Assembly: GCA_031553195.1 (NCBI GenBank)
Contig: JAVBLV010000001.1
Location: 58,138 to 122,137 of the forward strand
Source: Bacteroidales bacterium
GTDB lineage: Bacteria > Bacteroidota > Bacteroidia > Bacteroidales > P3
DNA length: 64,000 nt
Reading direction: 5' to 3'
In this document: positions 40,649 to 51,810 of the stretch, one piece after another
Position numbering within the stretch: position 1 is the first letter of the stretch
Layout of the letters: every line of letters starts with the position of its first letter
The notes under the pieces: model-generated
Database searches by the model: none
What the model was told of the DNA's origin: nothing
Seen by the model: only the letters and a program-made list of their open reading frames with translations
Position numbers and translations under genes: made by a program

Positions 40649-42262
40649 ATGAAACAGGCATTTGAATTAAAGAAAAACAATTTTTTAAAGGAATTGAATA
40701 TCTATCCTGCAATTGTTCACTGGAACTTGCAGCCTGCGGGATTAGTAGAGAAAGCCATTCTTTCGGGAGAAGGCAAACTGGTTGATACGGGAGCTTTAGC
40801 CATTGATACCGGAGAGTTTACCGGTCGTTCCCCTAAAGATCGATTTATTGTTTACGATGCAATAACAAAAGATACCGTTTGGTGGGGAGACGTAAACATT
40901 AAATTTTCACAAGAAAACTTTGAGCAGTTGTATGCCTCCATATTGGCATACTTGAATGAAAAAGAAATTTATGTGCGCGATTCTTTTGCTTGTGCAGATC
41001 CTGCTTACAGAACCAACATTCGCGTTGTTAGCGAATATGCATTTCAGAATTTGTTTGCGTCAAACCTTTTTTTACGTCCTACCCAGGAGGAGTTAGCAAC
41101 ATTTGAACCCGATTGGGTGGTAATTGCCGCTCCCGGATTCAAAGCAGATCCTAAAGTAGACGGAACCCGTCAGCATAATTTTTCTATTATTAACTTTACA
41201 AAAAAGACAATAATAATAGGGGGCACCGCTTATACAGGAGAAATTAAGAAAGGGATATTCAGCGTGCTTAATTTCATCTTGCCTCATCAAAAAAACGTGC
41301 TTTCCATGCATTGTTCCGCCAATGTGGGCAAAGAGGGCGATACCGCCATATTTTTCGGATTATCGGGAACAGGGAAGACAACTCTTTCCGCCGATCCGGA
41401 AAGGGCTCTTATCGGAGACGACGAACATGGATGGTATGACAATACTATTTTTAATTTCGAAGGGGGCTGTTATGCAAAATGCGTCGACTTAACAGCAGAA
41501 AAAGAACCCCAAATTTTTAACGCTATTAAATTCGGGTCGCTGTTGGAAAACGTAAGATGCTATCCGGATACGAATACAGTTGATTTTTCGAATATAGAGG
41601 TAACGGAAAACACCCGAGCTTCATATCCTATATATCATATTTCTAACGCAATACCTTCATCCATTGGAAGAAACTGCAAAAATATATTTTTCCTAACCGC
41701 CGACGCTTTCGGCGTATTGCCGCCGATTTCGAAATTAACCAAAGGACAAGCCATGTTCCATTTTATTTCGGGCTACACGGCAAAAGTGGCAGGAACAGAA
41801 GCCGGAATTATCGAGCCTCAAACGACCTTTTCCGCTTGTTTTGGGAAAGCTTTTTTACCATTACACCCAACGGTATATGCTGATTTATTGGGAACAAAGG
41901 TAGAGGAAAATAATGTCAATATTTGGCTGGTTAACACCGGATGGACGGGAGGCCCTTATGGCGTTGGTTCCCGGATGAAATTACCTTATACCCGGGCAAT
42001 GATAACGGCGGCTATTAACGGAGATTTAAATAATGCGCCTTATGAAACAGACCATGTTTTCGGGTTACATATGCCCAAGTCTTGTCCGAATGTTCCTTCG
42101 GAGATATTGAATCCTCGTAATACATGGGCCAATAAATCAGAGTACGATCAAAAAGCAAAAGAACTTGCACAAAAGTTTGTACAGAACTTTGATCAGTTTT
42201 CGGATATAGCGTCGGATGAAATAAAAAATGCAATGCCCAGGTATTGCATGGAGACGTCGTAA
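40649..42262 (+). CDS. pckA: Phosphoenolpyruvate carboxykinase (ATP)
   Basis: 537 aa. GRSPKDRF, FFGLSGTGKTTLS, IGDDEHGW. Confidence 0.95.
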   Translation: MKQAFELKKNNFLKELNIYPAIVHWNLQPAGLVEKAILSGEGKLVDTGALAIDTGEFTGRSPKDRFIVYDAITKDTVWWGDVNIKFSQENFEQLYASILAYLNEKEIYVRDSFACADPAYRTNIRVVSEYAFQNLFASNLFLRPTQEELATFEPDWVVIAAPGFKADPKVDGTRQHNFSIINFTKKTIIIGGTAYTGEIKKGIFSVLNFILPHQKNVLSMHCSANVGKEGDTAIFFGLSGTGKTTLSADPERALIGDDEHGWYDNTIFNFEGGCYAKCVDLTAEKEPQIFNAIKFGSLLENVRCYPDTNTVDFSNIEVTENTRASYPIYHISNAIPSSIGRNCKNIFFLTADAFGVLPPISKLTKGQAMFHFISGYTAKVAGTEAGIIEPQTTFSACFGKAFLPLHPTVYADLLGTKVEENNVNIWLVNTGWTGGPYGVGSRMKLPYTRAMITAAINGDLNNAPYETDHVFGLHMPKSCPNVPSEILNPRNTWANKSEYDQKAKELAQKFVQNFDQFSDIASDEIKNAMPRYCMETS

Positions 42263-42307
42263 TTGTAAATATGGGAATGGATAATAAGTTGGATTTAATA
42301 TTTAAAT

Positions 42308-42339
42308 AATCGGGATAAATGAATTCGTTTATCCCGATT
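42308..42339 (+). terminator. Probable pckA terminator
   Basis: Perfect 12-bp stem AATCGGGATAAA / TTTATCCCGATT with an 8-nt loop. The T-run after it is weak. Confidence 0.5.
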
Positions 42340-42362
42340 CATCATTTAACAAGTTGCTTAAG

Positions 42363-43133
42363 ATGCCAAAAGAACAAACATCTCCGTTTTTGCCAAAAAT
42401 TTCCATAATCACAGTAGTTTACAATGCTGCAAAAGAGTTGAAAAAAACAATAGAGAGCGTTGCCGAACAAACCTATGAAAATATAGAATGTATTGTGATC
42501 GATGGGGCTTCTACAGATGGAACTCTAGACGTGATAAAAGCAAATGCAGATTTGATTACGAAATGGATAAGCGAACCTGATAAAGGTTTGTATTATGCTA
42601 TGAATAAAGGAATTTCAATGGCTGAGGGAGAATTTGTTTGGTTTTTGAATGCAGGCGACCTCATTGCAAGTAGCTATACCACAGAAGAAATATTAATGTC
42701 TCATCCTACTTTAGCCGATATCTATTATGGGGAAACAATTATTGCCGACGAAAACAATAATCATTTGGGAAGACGAAGGCTAAAAGCCCCTAAAGTATTA
42801 ACGTCAAAAAGTTTTCATTGGGGAATGCTGGTATGCCATCAGTCGATTCTAATACGGAGAAGCATTGTGGGTAATTATGATACTCAATACCGTATATCTG
42901 CCGATTTCGATTGGGTTCTAAGCGCGTTAGAAAAGGCGAACACTATTGTCAATACAAATGTTGTTATTTCAGTATTTGTTATAGGGGGTATTTCCGGAAA
43001 GAATTTTTTCAGAACCAACTGGGAACGTTATAAAATCATGGCAGCTCATTATGGTTTTTTTCAGAGTATTCTTTATAATTTTCTAATGTCTTTCCGGTTG
43101 ATTTACACGTACTTAAAATTAGGCAGATTATAA
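42363..43133 (+). CDS. Family 2 glycosyltransferase
   Basis: ATG at 42363 (the ORF-track start at 42354 is TTG). ISIITVVYNA start, IDGASTDGT, NAGD. Confidence 0.75.
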   Translation: MPKEQTSPFLPKISIITVVYNAAKELKKTIESVAEQTYENIECIVIDGASTDGTLDVIKANADLITKWISEPDKGLYYAMNKGISMAEGEFVWFLNAGDLIASSYTTEEILMSHPTLADIYYGETIIADENNNHLGRRRLKAPKVLTSKSFHWGMLVCHQSILIRRSIVGNYDTQYRISADFDWVLSALEKANTIVNTNVVISVFVIGGISGKNFFRTNWERYKIMAAHYGFFQSILYNFLMSFRLIYTYLKLGRL

Positions 43134-43314
43134 AGTTCCTTTTATAGGTATTTCCCCGAATTTAATTATCTTTTTAATATGTTTCATGTAATTGCTATAA
43201 CTTAAATTACTATCAATCTATAACTAAAAGGATGCTCCGTATTTGATTATGGAATATTTTCACGAAGAAATTTTAAATGCAATACTTTTCATACATTAGC
43301 GTTACTTTTTAATT

Positions 43315-44208
43315 ATGATAAAAAAAATATTTATTGTCTTTTTGTTTTCTTTGTGCGGAGTAATGTATATAGCATGCGATAATTTCGAAGGAGATCAGAC
43401 CGTTCCGGCCTTCTTGCAAATAGACAGCATCGCCGTCGAGCCGAATTCTAGGATCACGATTCCGCTTCACCAACAAAATTCAGGATTTTTGACGCATGGC
43501 ATCACAAGCGTAAGGATTGCCATTGACGGGAAGAATCTGGGAGTTTTTGATTTGCCGTGCTCCGTGCCCGTTCTACATGAAGGGAAACATGACCTAACCA
43601 TTAATGCAGTAATTAAACAAAATGGGATGGCGGCAACCCGTATTTACTATCCATTTTATGATGCATTGAGTCTAAAAGAGATTGAATTTAAATCCGGCGA
43701 GAAAACAACCTTGAATAATCCGTTATATGTGGGATATGCTTCATTTACAAACTTTAAATGGATGGAAAACTTTGAAAGTCCGTCATACGGATTTGATTCT
43801 ATAACAACCGTTTGTAAAGATCCTAATATTGTTAAATGGGGATCCGGTTGCGGAATGATTACTTTCAACGCCGAGTCGGAGAGCGTTCAAACAAAAACCA
43901 AGGATACGATTCCTATAACACAAACCAATGGGCAAGCTCTTTATCTGGAGATGGATTTTTCGACTAACACTTATTTTTCAGTCGGCATGGAAGGTTATTC
44001 TTCTTCGCTGAATCAAAAAATAAATATGTCGGCGGTAACCCTTAAACCCACGGATGGAACCTGGAAAAAAATATATATTTTATTAGGTAAAATCTGGCCC
44101 CAGATGGGAAATCCATCAGATATTCAATTGGTTTTCAATATTCCTGCAGAATACAACGTGCAAGGGGCAAAGGTGTACTTCGACAATATTAAAATAGTAA
44201 GCTATTAG
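43315..44208 (+). CDS. Lipoprotein of unknown function
   Basis: 297 aa. Lipobox YIAC. Beta-rich, ending in VYFDNIKIVSY. Sits between a GT2 gene and a priming sugar-transferase gene. Confidence 0.5.
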   Translation: MIKKIFIVFLFSLCGVMYIACDNFEGDQTVPAFLQIDSIAVEPNSRITIPLHQQNSGFLTHGITSVRIAIDGKNLGVFDLPCSVPVLHEGKHDLTINAVIKQNGMAATRIYYPFYDALSLKEIEFKSGEKTTLNNPLYVGYASFTNFKWMENFESPSYGFDSITTVCKDPNIVKWGSGCGMITFNAESESVQTKTKDTIPITQTNGQALYLEMDFSTNTYFSVGMEGYSSSLNQKINMSAVTLKPTDGTWKKIYILLGKIWPQMGNPSDIQLVFNIPAEYNVQGAKVYFDNIKIVSY

Positions 44209-44213
44209 TATTC

Positions 44214-45629
44214 ATGAATAAACGCCTGCAAACAATTAAATATATTGTCTGTGATATCATTGCCGCCGTCATTGCATGGATAGGCTTATTCATATTTAGG
44301 AAAATTGCAATCGAAAATTTTTTATTGAGCGAGACTTGTATTTTTCTAAATGATCCGAATTTTTATCTTGGGTTAGTTGTTGTTCCCTTTTTTTGGATTA
44401 TTTTGTACACGCTGCAAGGAGCATACCGCAATGTTTATCGGAAGTCCCGTCTTCAGGAACTTGGGCAAACATTTTTTAGTAGTTTAATCGGCATTATATT
44501 CCTCTTTTTTGTACTTCTTCTGGATGATAAAGTCAATAGTGGAAAAGACTATTACTATTCAATTTCCTCGCTTTTTATATTACAATTTACGTTTACGTAT
44601 TTTTTCAGGCTTATCTTGACTAGCAAGACGGTAAGACGTATTCATCATGAAAAAATAGGATTCAATACGCTCTTGGTCGGTAGCAAGGATAAAGCTTTAA
44701 GTATATATTACGATATTAAAAATCAAGAATTTTCTTCGGGAATTAAATTTATTGGTTACGTTACGGTAAATGGCAACATTCATCCTGAGATTGCCGGATT
44801 ATTACCAAATAAAGGGCATTTCACAGAACTGAAAAAAATTATTGAAAAAGAAAAAGTAGAAGAAGTAGTTATTGCCGTAGAAAATTATGAGCATGATAAA
44901 ATATATCAAATACTTACATTGTTAGAAGGGATGAATATCGTTATTAAAATTACGCCAGGCACAAAAGATATTTTATTAGGATCGGTAAAAATGACGTCTA
45001 TTTTCGATACTCCTCTTATACTTGTAAATCAGGCATTGCTACAACCTTGGGAGAAAGCGCTTAAACGGGCAATGGATATCGTTCTATCCATTATTGCATT
45101 GATCATTCTGTCGCCTGTATTTGCTATTATTGCTATAGGCGTAAAACTATCTTCAAAAGGTCCTGTTTTTTATCAACAAGAACGTATCGGATATAAAGGG
45201 AAACCCTTTCAAATGTATAAGTTTCGTTCCATGTATACAGATGCGGAAAAAGGGACTCCCCTGCTTTCCAGCGAAACAGATCCTAGAATTACCCATTTCG
45301 GACGTTTTTTACGAAAAGTTCGTTTAGATGAAATCCCCCAATTTTATAGCGTTTTAAAAGGAACGATGTCGTTGGTCGGACCGCGTCCGGAACGGCAGTA
45401 TTTTATCGACCAAATTGTGCAAAGGGCGCCAGAATATAAAGTTCTTCATTCCATAAAACCGGGAATTACTTCATGGGGACAAGTAAAGTACGGATACGCC
45501 GAGAATGTTGATGAAATGATAGAACGTCTTAAATACGATCTTCTTTATATAGAAAATATGTCGATAGCCACCGATATAAAGATTCTGCTTCACACAGCCA
45601 TTATTATTCTGCAAGGACGCGGGAAATAG
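44214..45629 (+). CDS. Polyprenyl-phosphate sugar phosphotransferase (WbaP/exopolysaccharide priming type)
   Basis: 471 aa. N-terminal TM helices and a C-terminal bacterial sugar transferase domain (KFRSM, LDEIPQF, GTMSLVGPRPE, PGITSWGQV). Confidence 0.85.
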   Translation: MNKRLQTIKYIVCDIIAAVIAWIGLFIFRKIAIENFLLSETCIFLNDPNFYLGLVVVPFFWIILYTLQGAYRNVYRKSRLQELGQTFFSSLIGIIFLFFVLLLDDKVNSGKDYYYSISSLFILQFTFTYFFRLILTSKTVRRIHHEKIGFNTLLVGSKDKALSIYYDIKNQEFSSGIKFIGYVTVNGNIHPEIAGLLPNKGHFTELKKIIEKEKVEEVVIAVENYEHDKIYQILTLLEGMNIVIKITPGTKDILLGSVKMTSIFDTPLILVNQALLQPWEKALKRAMDIVLSIIALIILSPVFAIIAIGVKLSSKGPVFYQQERIGYKGKPFQMYKFRSMYTDAEKGTPLLSSETDPRITHFGRFLRKVRLDEIPQFYSVLKGTMSLVGPRPERQYFIDQIVQRAPEYKVLHSIKPGITSWGQVKYGYAENVDEMIERLKYDLLYIENMSIATDIKILLHTAIIILQGRGK

Positions 45630-45696
45630 GAAATTATGTAATCGATTCGACATTTATGTTTTTTAATTTTCCCATAATTTTTTCAATTTTATTGTC

Positions 45697-46677
45697 TTGT
45701 TAAAATCTCTAACGTATAACATTTTTAATTTCTTGCATCGCTCTTTTATTTTAGCGTTGAAAAGCGCCTTTAAAACTTCGCTGGTACTTTTCAAGATAAT
45801 GATTCCTGTAAGTATCATAATAAAAATACTGCAAGAAACCGGCTGGATTGTCTATATCGGAAAATTGTTTGCGCCTTTGATGCGCTTAACAGGCTTGCCC
45901 GGCGAAATGGGTTTAGTGTTCGGGACGGCAATTTTATCAAATATATTCGGGGGACTTATCGCATTTTCTTCTATCGCTCGGAATATTCCTCTAACTATTG
46001 CCCAAACAACTGTTTTGGCGACGATGATATTGGTTGCCCATAATTTTTTAATGGAAATAACGGTCGCTTATAAAGCAGGGGCAAGAATACTTCCTATGAT
46101 TCTTATCCGTTTGGGGACCGCTTTTTTGATAGGAATACTGTTAAACTTTTTTTATTCGTTTACGCACAGCCTGGAAATGCCAATGCAAATGCCGGCTTTT
46201 GTGCCTCGGGCTTCGGAACAATCCTTAATTGACTGGGCTTTGGGAGAACTTCAAAAATATGCAGGAGTTGTTATCATAATTTTTGCTTTGATATTCTCAT
46301 TGGAGATTCTTAAACGTATTGGTTTCATTAATTTACTGACGAGGTTATTAACTCCTATTGTGAATGTTCTGGGAATTAACGCGAATGTGGTTCCTGTTAC
46401 TATAATCGGTATGACATTGGGTTTAGCTTACGGAGGGGCCATTATCATCAATGAATCTCGAAACGGACAGATTTCCAAGAAAGATATTTTCTACTCATTA
46501 TTCTTGATGGGAATTCTACATAGCATTATAGAAGATACTTTTCTTATGCTTTCTATAGGAGCCCACTATAGTGGAATTTTAGTTTTCAGAGCGCTTCTGG
46601 CATTTTCTTTAACGTTTCTTATTGTCCGCCTGACTCGTAATTGGGATGATAGGAAAATGAAATATCTCATACGGTAA
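45697..46677 (+). CDS. Nucleoside-recognition (gate) domain membrane protein. The start codon is TTG as called.
   Basis: 326 aa, multi-TM. IMIPVSIIIKILQETG and GLPGEMG segments resemble gate-domain proteins. Confidence 0.45.
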   Translation: MLKSLTYNIFNFLHRSFILALKSAFKTSLVLFKIMIPVSIIIKILQETGWIVYIGKLFAPLMRLTGLPGEMGLVFGTAILSNIFGGLIAFSSIARNIPLTIAQTTVLATMILVAHNFLMEITVAYKAGARILPMILIRLGTAFLIGILLNFFYSFTHSLEMPMQMPAFVPRASEQSLIDWALGELQKYAGVVIIIFALIFSLEILKRIGFINLLTRLLTPIVNVLGINANVVPVTIIGMTLGLAYGGAIIINESRNGQISKKDIFYSLFLMGILHSIIEDTFLMLSIGAHYSGILVFRALLAFSLTFLIVRLTRNWDDRKMKYLIR

Positions 46678-47066
46678 TCACTGAAATTAAATTTGTTATC
46701 AAAGGAAAGATACAGGATCTCTTTTGAAATAAGGTTTGCATTAACAATAAGAGCTTCATTATTCCCAGTATTGTCAATTCTGGACAATACTCCCTTCCAT
46801 TAAAATTGAGATATAAAAATCTGAAAGTTGCAAAATTGATCTCCTCCCCTGAAAAACAAGTAGCAATGATTAATCCTTTTATTTATCAGTACCTCAAAAA
46901 AAACCTCCTTTTTCTTAACTGGATGCTAATGATTTCATATATATTCCAATTAGTTGCATTAAAATATTCGAATATTATTTAAGGGATATTTCTAAATACA
47001 AAATAGTATTAATTACAAAAACATAATCAGTATTTAGATTGTTGTTTATATATTTAACCGATATTC

Positions 47067-47074
47067 TATATTTG
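47067..47074 (+). promoter_or_regulatory. -7 box TATATTTG for gadB
   Basis: Matches TAnnTTTG, 58 nt before the ATG at 47132. Confidence 0.45.
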
Positions 47075-47119
47075 ATTCAACTTGATAAAATAATTATAAT
47101 GGTTAAATCTTAATCTAAC

Positions 47120-47126
47120 AAGGAGG
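47120..47126 (+). promoter_or_regulatory. Canonical Shine-Dalgarno AAGGAGG 5 nt before the gadB ATG
   Basis: Read directly. The other starts I checked in this window (purQ, proS, pckA, glmS) show no such sequence. Confidence 0.6.
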
Positions 47127-47131
47127 TAACT

Positions 47132-48514
47132 ATGTCTTTACACATTATTCGCAAAGAAAAATCCGAAAGCGTATTCGATGCCTATACCCTTTCGGCGGCA
47201 ACGCAAATTATTCCCAAGTATAAAATGCCTTATGCTCCCAACGACGCGTCGGAAGTGGTAAATCTTATTCTTGACGAACTTTTGCTTGATGGGAATGCTA
47301 AACAAAACCTGGCAACTTTCTGCCAAACATATGCTGATGACGGAACTCGTAAAATTATGAATACTTGTATCAATAAAAACATGATTGACAAAGATGAATA
47401 TCCGCAAACAGCTGAAATTGAAAATCGTTGCGTACACATTTTGGCTAATCTTTGGAATTCGCCCGAAAGTAAATCTACAATCGGCTGTTCTACCACAGGT
47501 TCGAGTGAAGCTTGTATGTTAGGCGGTTTAGCTTTGAAATGGAAATGGCGCGAAAAAAGAAAAAAAGAAGGGAAATCTTACGACAAACCTAACCTGATTA
47601 CCGGACCGGTACAAGTTTGTTGGCATAAATTTGCCCGGTATTTTGATGTGGAATTACGCGAAATTCCCATGGAACACGGACGTCTGCTAATGAATAAAGA
47701 AGAAGTATTAAAACGTGTCGACGAAAATACCATTGGCGTGGCGCCTACTTTAGGCGTAACTTTCAATTTAGAATATGAAGATGTGGAAGCCGTCAGCAAG
47801 GCTTTGGACAAATATCAGGAAGAAACGGGTTTGGATATTCCTATCCATGTAGATGCAGCCAGCGGCGGATTTATTGCTCCTTTTATCCAACCAAATATAG
47901 TTTGGGATTTCAGGCTTCCGCGCGTAAAATCCATTAATGCGTCGGGGCATAAGTTTGGGCTTTCACCTCTGGGCGTAGGCTGGGTGGTTTGGCGCGAAAC
48001 ATCCGATTTGCCCGAAGATTTGATTTTCCGTGTAAACTATTTGGGCGGAGATATGCCGACTTTCGCCTTAAACTTCTCGCGGCCCGGCGGACAAATTATT
48101 GCCCAATATTATAATTTTCTACGCAATGGCTATGAAGGTTATCGCCGTATACAGCAAGCTTGCTTGGAACATGGAATCTATATTGCCGAAGAAGTCAGGA
48201 AAATAGGCATTTTCGATATTTTGTATGATGGGAAAAACGCTATTCCCGGCGCCGCATGGATGTTGAAAGATAATGTTGATCCGAATTTTTCTTTGTTCGA
48301 CCTTTCGGACAGGATGCGTACCCGCGGTTGGCAGATTGCTTCTTATACTTTGCCGCCTAATTGCAAAGACATGGTAATTCAGCGGGTATTAATCCGCCAC
48401 GGATTCAGTCGCGATATGGCGCAACTGATGATTGACGACTTGAAACGCTGTATCGAATATTTTGAAAAAAATCCGGTAAAGCAAGGTTTGAAGCAAAACG
48501 GATTTCATCATTAA
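47132..48514 (+). CDS. gadB: Glutamate decarboxylase
   Basis: 460 aa. PLP-lysine motif [12 protein letters not shown]-terminal YKMP and [12 protein letters not shown] segments typical of GadA/B. Confidence 0.9.
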   Translation: MSLHIIRKEKSESVFDAYTLSAATQIIPKYKMPYAPNDASEVVNLILDELLLDGNAKQNLATFCQTYADDGTRKIMNTCINKNMIDKDEYPQTAEIENRCVHILANLWNSPESKSTIGCSTTGSSEACMLGGLALKWKWREKRKKEGKSYDKPNLITGPVQVCWHKFARYFDVELREIPMEHGRLLMNKEEVLKRVDENTIGVAPTLGVTFNLEYEDVEAVSKALDKYQEETGLDIPIHVDAASGGFIAPFIQPNIVWDFRLPRVKSINASGHKFGLSPLGVGWVVWRETSDLPEDLIFRVNYLGGDMPTFALNFSRPGGQIIAQYYNFLRNGYEGYRRIQQACLEHGIYIAEEVRKIGIFDILYDGKNAIPGAAWMLKDNVDPNFSLFDLSDRMRTRGWQIASYTLPPNCKDMVIQRVLIRHGFSRDMAQLMIDDLKRCIEYFEKNPVKQGLKQNGFHH

Positions 48515-48575
48515 TTAAACTTTACCGCAATGATTACAAAGAGTTTATGCAAAGAACGCTAAGATTTTGATGGTA

Positions 48576-48583
48576 TACTTTTG
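48576..48583 (+). promoter_or_regulatory. -7 box TACTTTTG for gadC
   Basis: Matches TAnnTTTG, 51 nt before the ATG at 48634. Confidence 0.4.
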
Positions 48584-48633
48584 TAAACTTTGTGCCTTTG
48601 TGGTGAATAATCAGCAACTCAATAAAAACTATT

Positions 48634-50076
48634 ATGAAAAAATATATCACTACCTGGCAATTGGCGTTAATGACCGCCGCTGCCGTCATCAGCCTCAGGG
48701 GACTGCCAATGATGGGCAAAGAAGAATTCACCATGTTTTTTTATATCCTCTTTGCCACCATTTTATTCCTGATTCCGGCCGCATTGGTCGGAGCAGAATT
48801 GGGAAGCGCTTTTGCCGAAAAAGGCGGCGGCGTTTACACTTGGGTGAAAGAAGCCTTTAACGAACGTTTAGGCTTTGCCGCCATTTTCTTGCAATGGATA
48901 CAAAATGTGGTTTGGTATCCTACAGTGCTTTCTTTTGCGGCGGCAGCCATTGCTTTTCTTATTGGGGAACAAGCTCTTGCGCAGAACGGAATATATGTTG
49001 GAATTTTCTCCATTGCCATGTATTGGTTTGCCACTTGGGTTACCCTGAAAGGAACTTCGGTCGTTTCTAAAATCACAAGTCGTGGATTTTTATTGGGAAC
49101 TGTATTGCCCGGCGTAATTATTATCATCATGGCTATTGTTTGGATAGCGACCGGGCAACCCATTGCTATGGAACATATTCCGGCTACCGAAACCACTTTG
49201 ATGGATGTAACCGCAGGACATGCTCACCCACGATTTTTCCCACATGTCAACAGTATTAGTAATATTGCTTTTTTAGCTGGAATCATTTTATTATTTGCCG
49301 GTGTGGAAGTGCATGCCGTACATGCCACTGAAATGAAGAATCCAAAGAAACAATTTCCGGCGGCCATATTTTTAGCAGCCATTATTGCTTTTGTACTTTT
49401 TACGTTGGGCTCGTTGGCCGTTTCCATTGTGATGCCTTATAAGGAAATCAACTTACAGGATGGATTGATGCTTACCTTCGAACATTTATTCAACACGTTT
49501 CATATTGGATGGATGACCAACGTGTTGGGCGCTTTGGTTGCTTTTGGGGCTTTGGCGGGCGTTATGTCGTGGATTTCGGGCCCAAGTCGTGGATTACTTT
49601 GGACAGCTCGCGACGGACAATTGCCCAAAACGTTGACAAAAACCAACAAAAACGGTATTCAAATCAACATCTTAATAGTACAAGGAATTATCGTTACCAT
49701 TCTTTCGTCTCTCTATTTTGTTATAGATGATGTGAGTGTGGCATTTTTCCTCTTAAGCGCCCTTACAATAGGGCTTTACCTGATTATGTATATGTTAATG
49801 TATGCCGCCGCTATTAAGTTACGGAAATCCCAACCCGATTTGCCGAGAATCTATAAAGTTCCGGGCGGGAAAACAGGTATGTGGATGGTTGCCGGCGTTG
49901 GATTTGTCGCCGTATTGTTTTCTTTTATCGTGGCCTTCTTCCCGCCGTCGCAATTACCTGTGGGAAGCCCTGAAATGTATGTAGGTTTAGTATTTGCAGG
50001 GAATGTGATATTCTTGATTATCCCTTTTATTATTAGCGCTATGCAGAAACGGAAGAAATTGAAAGTGGAAAATTGA
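48634..50076 (+). CDS. gadC: APC-family amino-acid antiporter, probably glutamate:GABA
   Basis: 480 aa with about 12 TM helices. Lies immediately downstream of gadB. Confidence 0.7.
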   Translation: MKKYITTWQLALMTAAAVISLRGLPMMGKEEFTMFFYILFATILFLIPAALVGAELGSAFAEKGGGVYTWVKEAFNERLGFAAIFLQWIQNVVWYPTVLSFAAAAIAFLIGEQALAQNGIYVGIFSIAMYWFATWVTLKGTSVVSKITSRGFLLGTVLPGVIIIIMAIVWIATGQPIAMEHIPATETTLMDVTAGHAHPRFFPHVNSISNIAFLAGIILLFAGVEVHAVHATEMKNPKKQFPAAIFLAAIIAFVLFTLGSLAVSIVMPYKEINLQDGLMLTFEHLFNTFHIGWMTNVLGALVAFGALAGVMSWISGPSRGLLWTARDGQLPKTLTKTNKNGIQINILIVQGIIVTILSSLYFVIDDVSVAFFLLSALTIGLYLIMYMLMYAAAIKLRKSQPDLPRIYKVPGGKTGMWMVAGVGFVAVLFSFIVAFFPPSQLPVGSPEMYVGLVFAGNVIFLIIPFIISAMQKRKKLKVEN

Positions 50077-50329
50077 GAGTTGAAAGTGATTTTTTTGTGG
50101 AAAACGTTTTTAACGATGAATTTTTTAATTTGAGGATTTAGAAACGATTTTATGGTTGAAAATGGAAAAATTCCATAGTACAGAATTTTGTGAAAACACA
50201 GAAAATTAAAAACGAATAGAACCAAATATATATAACACAGCAAAGTATAATAAACGATGAATATGAACGCAGAACGATGAATTTTTTTTGTCATCTATTA
50301 TAATTATTCACTATTCAAAGCCAACAAAC

Positions 50330-51745
50330 AATATGAGTTTTAAAAAATCATCAAGCATATTATTATGGTTGGTTGCCGTAGGTTACTTTATGCAGACTTT
50401 AGATACCACTATTGTCAATACCGCTATTCCGAGCATGGCGGCAAGTTTGCACGAAAGTCCCCTGAAAATGCAAGCGGTAGTAGTTTCTTATACCTTGGTA
50501 ATGGCTGTAATGATTTTGGTCAGCGGTTGGCTAGCCGATAAATTCGGAACGCGGAGAGTTTATCTGTTGTCGATATTTTTATTCACTTTGGGTTCTTTTT
50601 TTTGCGCCAATTCCAAAACCCTGGCGGAATTGATTATTTCCCGCGTAATTCAAGGAATGGGCGGAGCTATGTTGCAACCTGTCGGACGCTTGGCGGTATT
50701 GCGCGCCTTTCCGCATGAAAAATTTCTGAAAGCCATTAGCTTTGTTACTATTCCGGCTATGATAGGTCCTTTGTTAGGCCCTACTTTAGGCGGATGGTTG
50801 TCGCAAACGTTTTCGTGGCATTGGATTTTCCTGATTAATATTCCTATCGGAATTATCGGTTTCATTTCTTCTTTCTTTTATATGGAAGATTACAAAGCCA
50901 AAACCAATACTTTCGACATCTTGGGTTTTATTATGCTGGCATTGGGAATGATAATGGTTTCTTATGCGTTAGACGGCATAGTGGAATTAGGTATGCGAAG
51001 GGCGACGGCTATTTTATTTACCGTTATCGGATTGATATTTATTGCCGGTTATTGGTTGCACGCATCTCATAAGAAAAATGCCATTTTTCCTATGGATTTG
51101 TTTAAAGTAAGAACCTTCCGGGTAGGAATCCTGGGAAATTTCTTTTCACGTCTTGGCGGCAATGGTATTCCATTTTTGTTGCCGTTGTTTTTTCAAGTTG
51201 GATTAGGGTATTCGCCTTTAAAATCAGGGCTAATGATGTTGCCTTCCGCTTTGTCAAGCATTTTAATGAAGAGATTGGGCGTAAGTTTGATTTATCGGAT
51301 TGGCTATAGGAAGACTTTATTAACCAACACTATTGCCTTGGGAAGCGTTTTGGCGGCCTTTAGTCTAATGTCAGGCTCCATGCCGATATGGGTAATGTTT
51401 ATCTTGCTATTTTTGTTTGGCGGAATTAATTCATTACAGTTTTCGGCTATGAACAGCATTACCCTAAAAGATTTGGATGATACACAGGCAAGCAGCGGCA
51501 ATAGTTTTTTATCTATGATTATGATTTTTTCCATGACTCTAGGCGTAGCCCTTTGCGCCGCCCTGTTGGCTATGTTTAACGATATGTCAAAAATACAATC
51601 TAACGATAATCAATTATTTGCATTTCATATGTCGTTTATTTGCATAGGAATCATTTCGATAATCACAGCCGTTATTTTTGCACAACTTCCTAGAAAAGAA
51701 GGAACTATTATTTACCATAGAGAACATAAAGTACGCCAAATATAA
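50330..51745 (+). CDS. MFS transporter, 14-TM DHA2/EmrB-like
   Basis: ATG at 50330 (the ORF-track start at 50288 is TTG). LDTTIVNTAIPSM and GWLADKFGTRR motifs. Confidence 0.75.
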   Translation, partial: NMSFKKSSSILLWLVAVGYFMQTLDTTIVNTAIPSMAASLHESPLKMQAVVVSYTLVMAVMILVSGWLADKFGTRRVYLLSIFLFTLGSFFCANSKTLAELIISRVIQGMGGAMLQPVGRLAVLRAFPHEKFLKAISFVTIPAMIGPLLGPTLGGWLSQTFSWHWIFLINIPIGIIGFISSFFYMEDYKAKTNTFDILGFIMLALGMIMVSYALDGIVELGMRRATAILFTVIGLIFIAGYWLHASHKKNAIFPMDLFKVRTFRVGILGNFFSRLGGNGIPFLLPLFFQVGLGYSPLKSGLMMLPSALSSILMKRLGVSLIYRIGYRKTLLTNTIALGSVLAAFSLMSGSMPIWVMFILLFLFGGINSLQFSAMNSITLKDLDDTQASSGNSFLSMIMIFSMTLGVALCAALLAMFNDMSKIQSNDNQLFAFHMSFICIGIISIITAVIFAQLPRKEGTIIYHREHKVRQI

Positions 51746-51810
51746 ATTGTAAAGCTTTTCTGTTGGAGTTCTTGGTAATCAAAATTATTTGAACAATAAA
51801 AACAAACACG

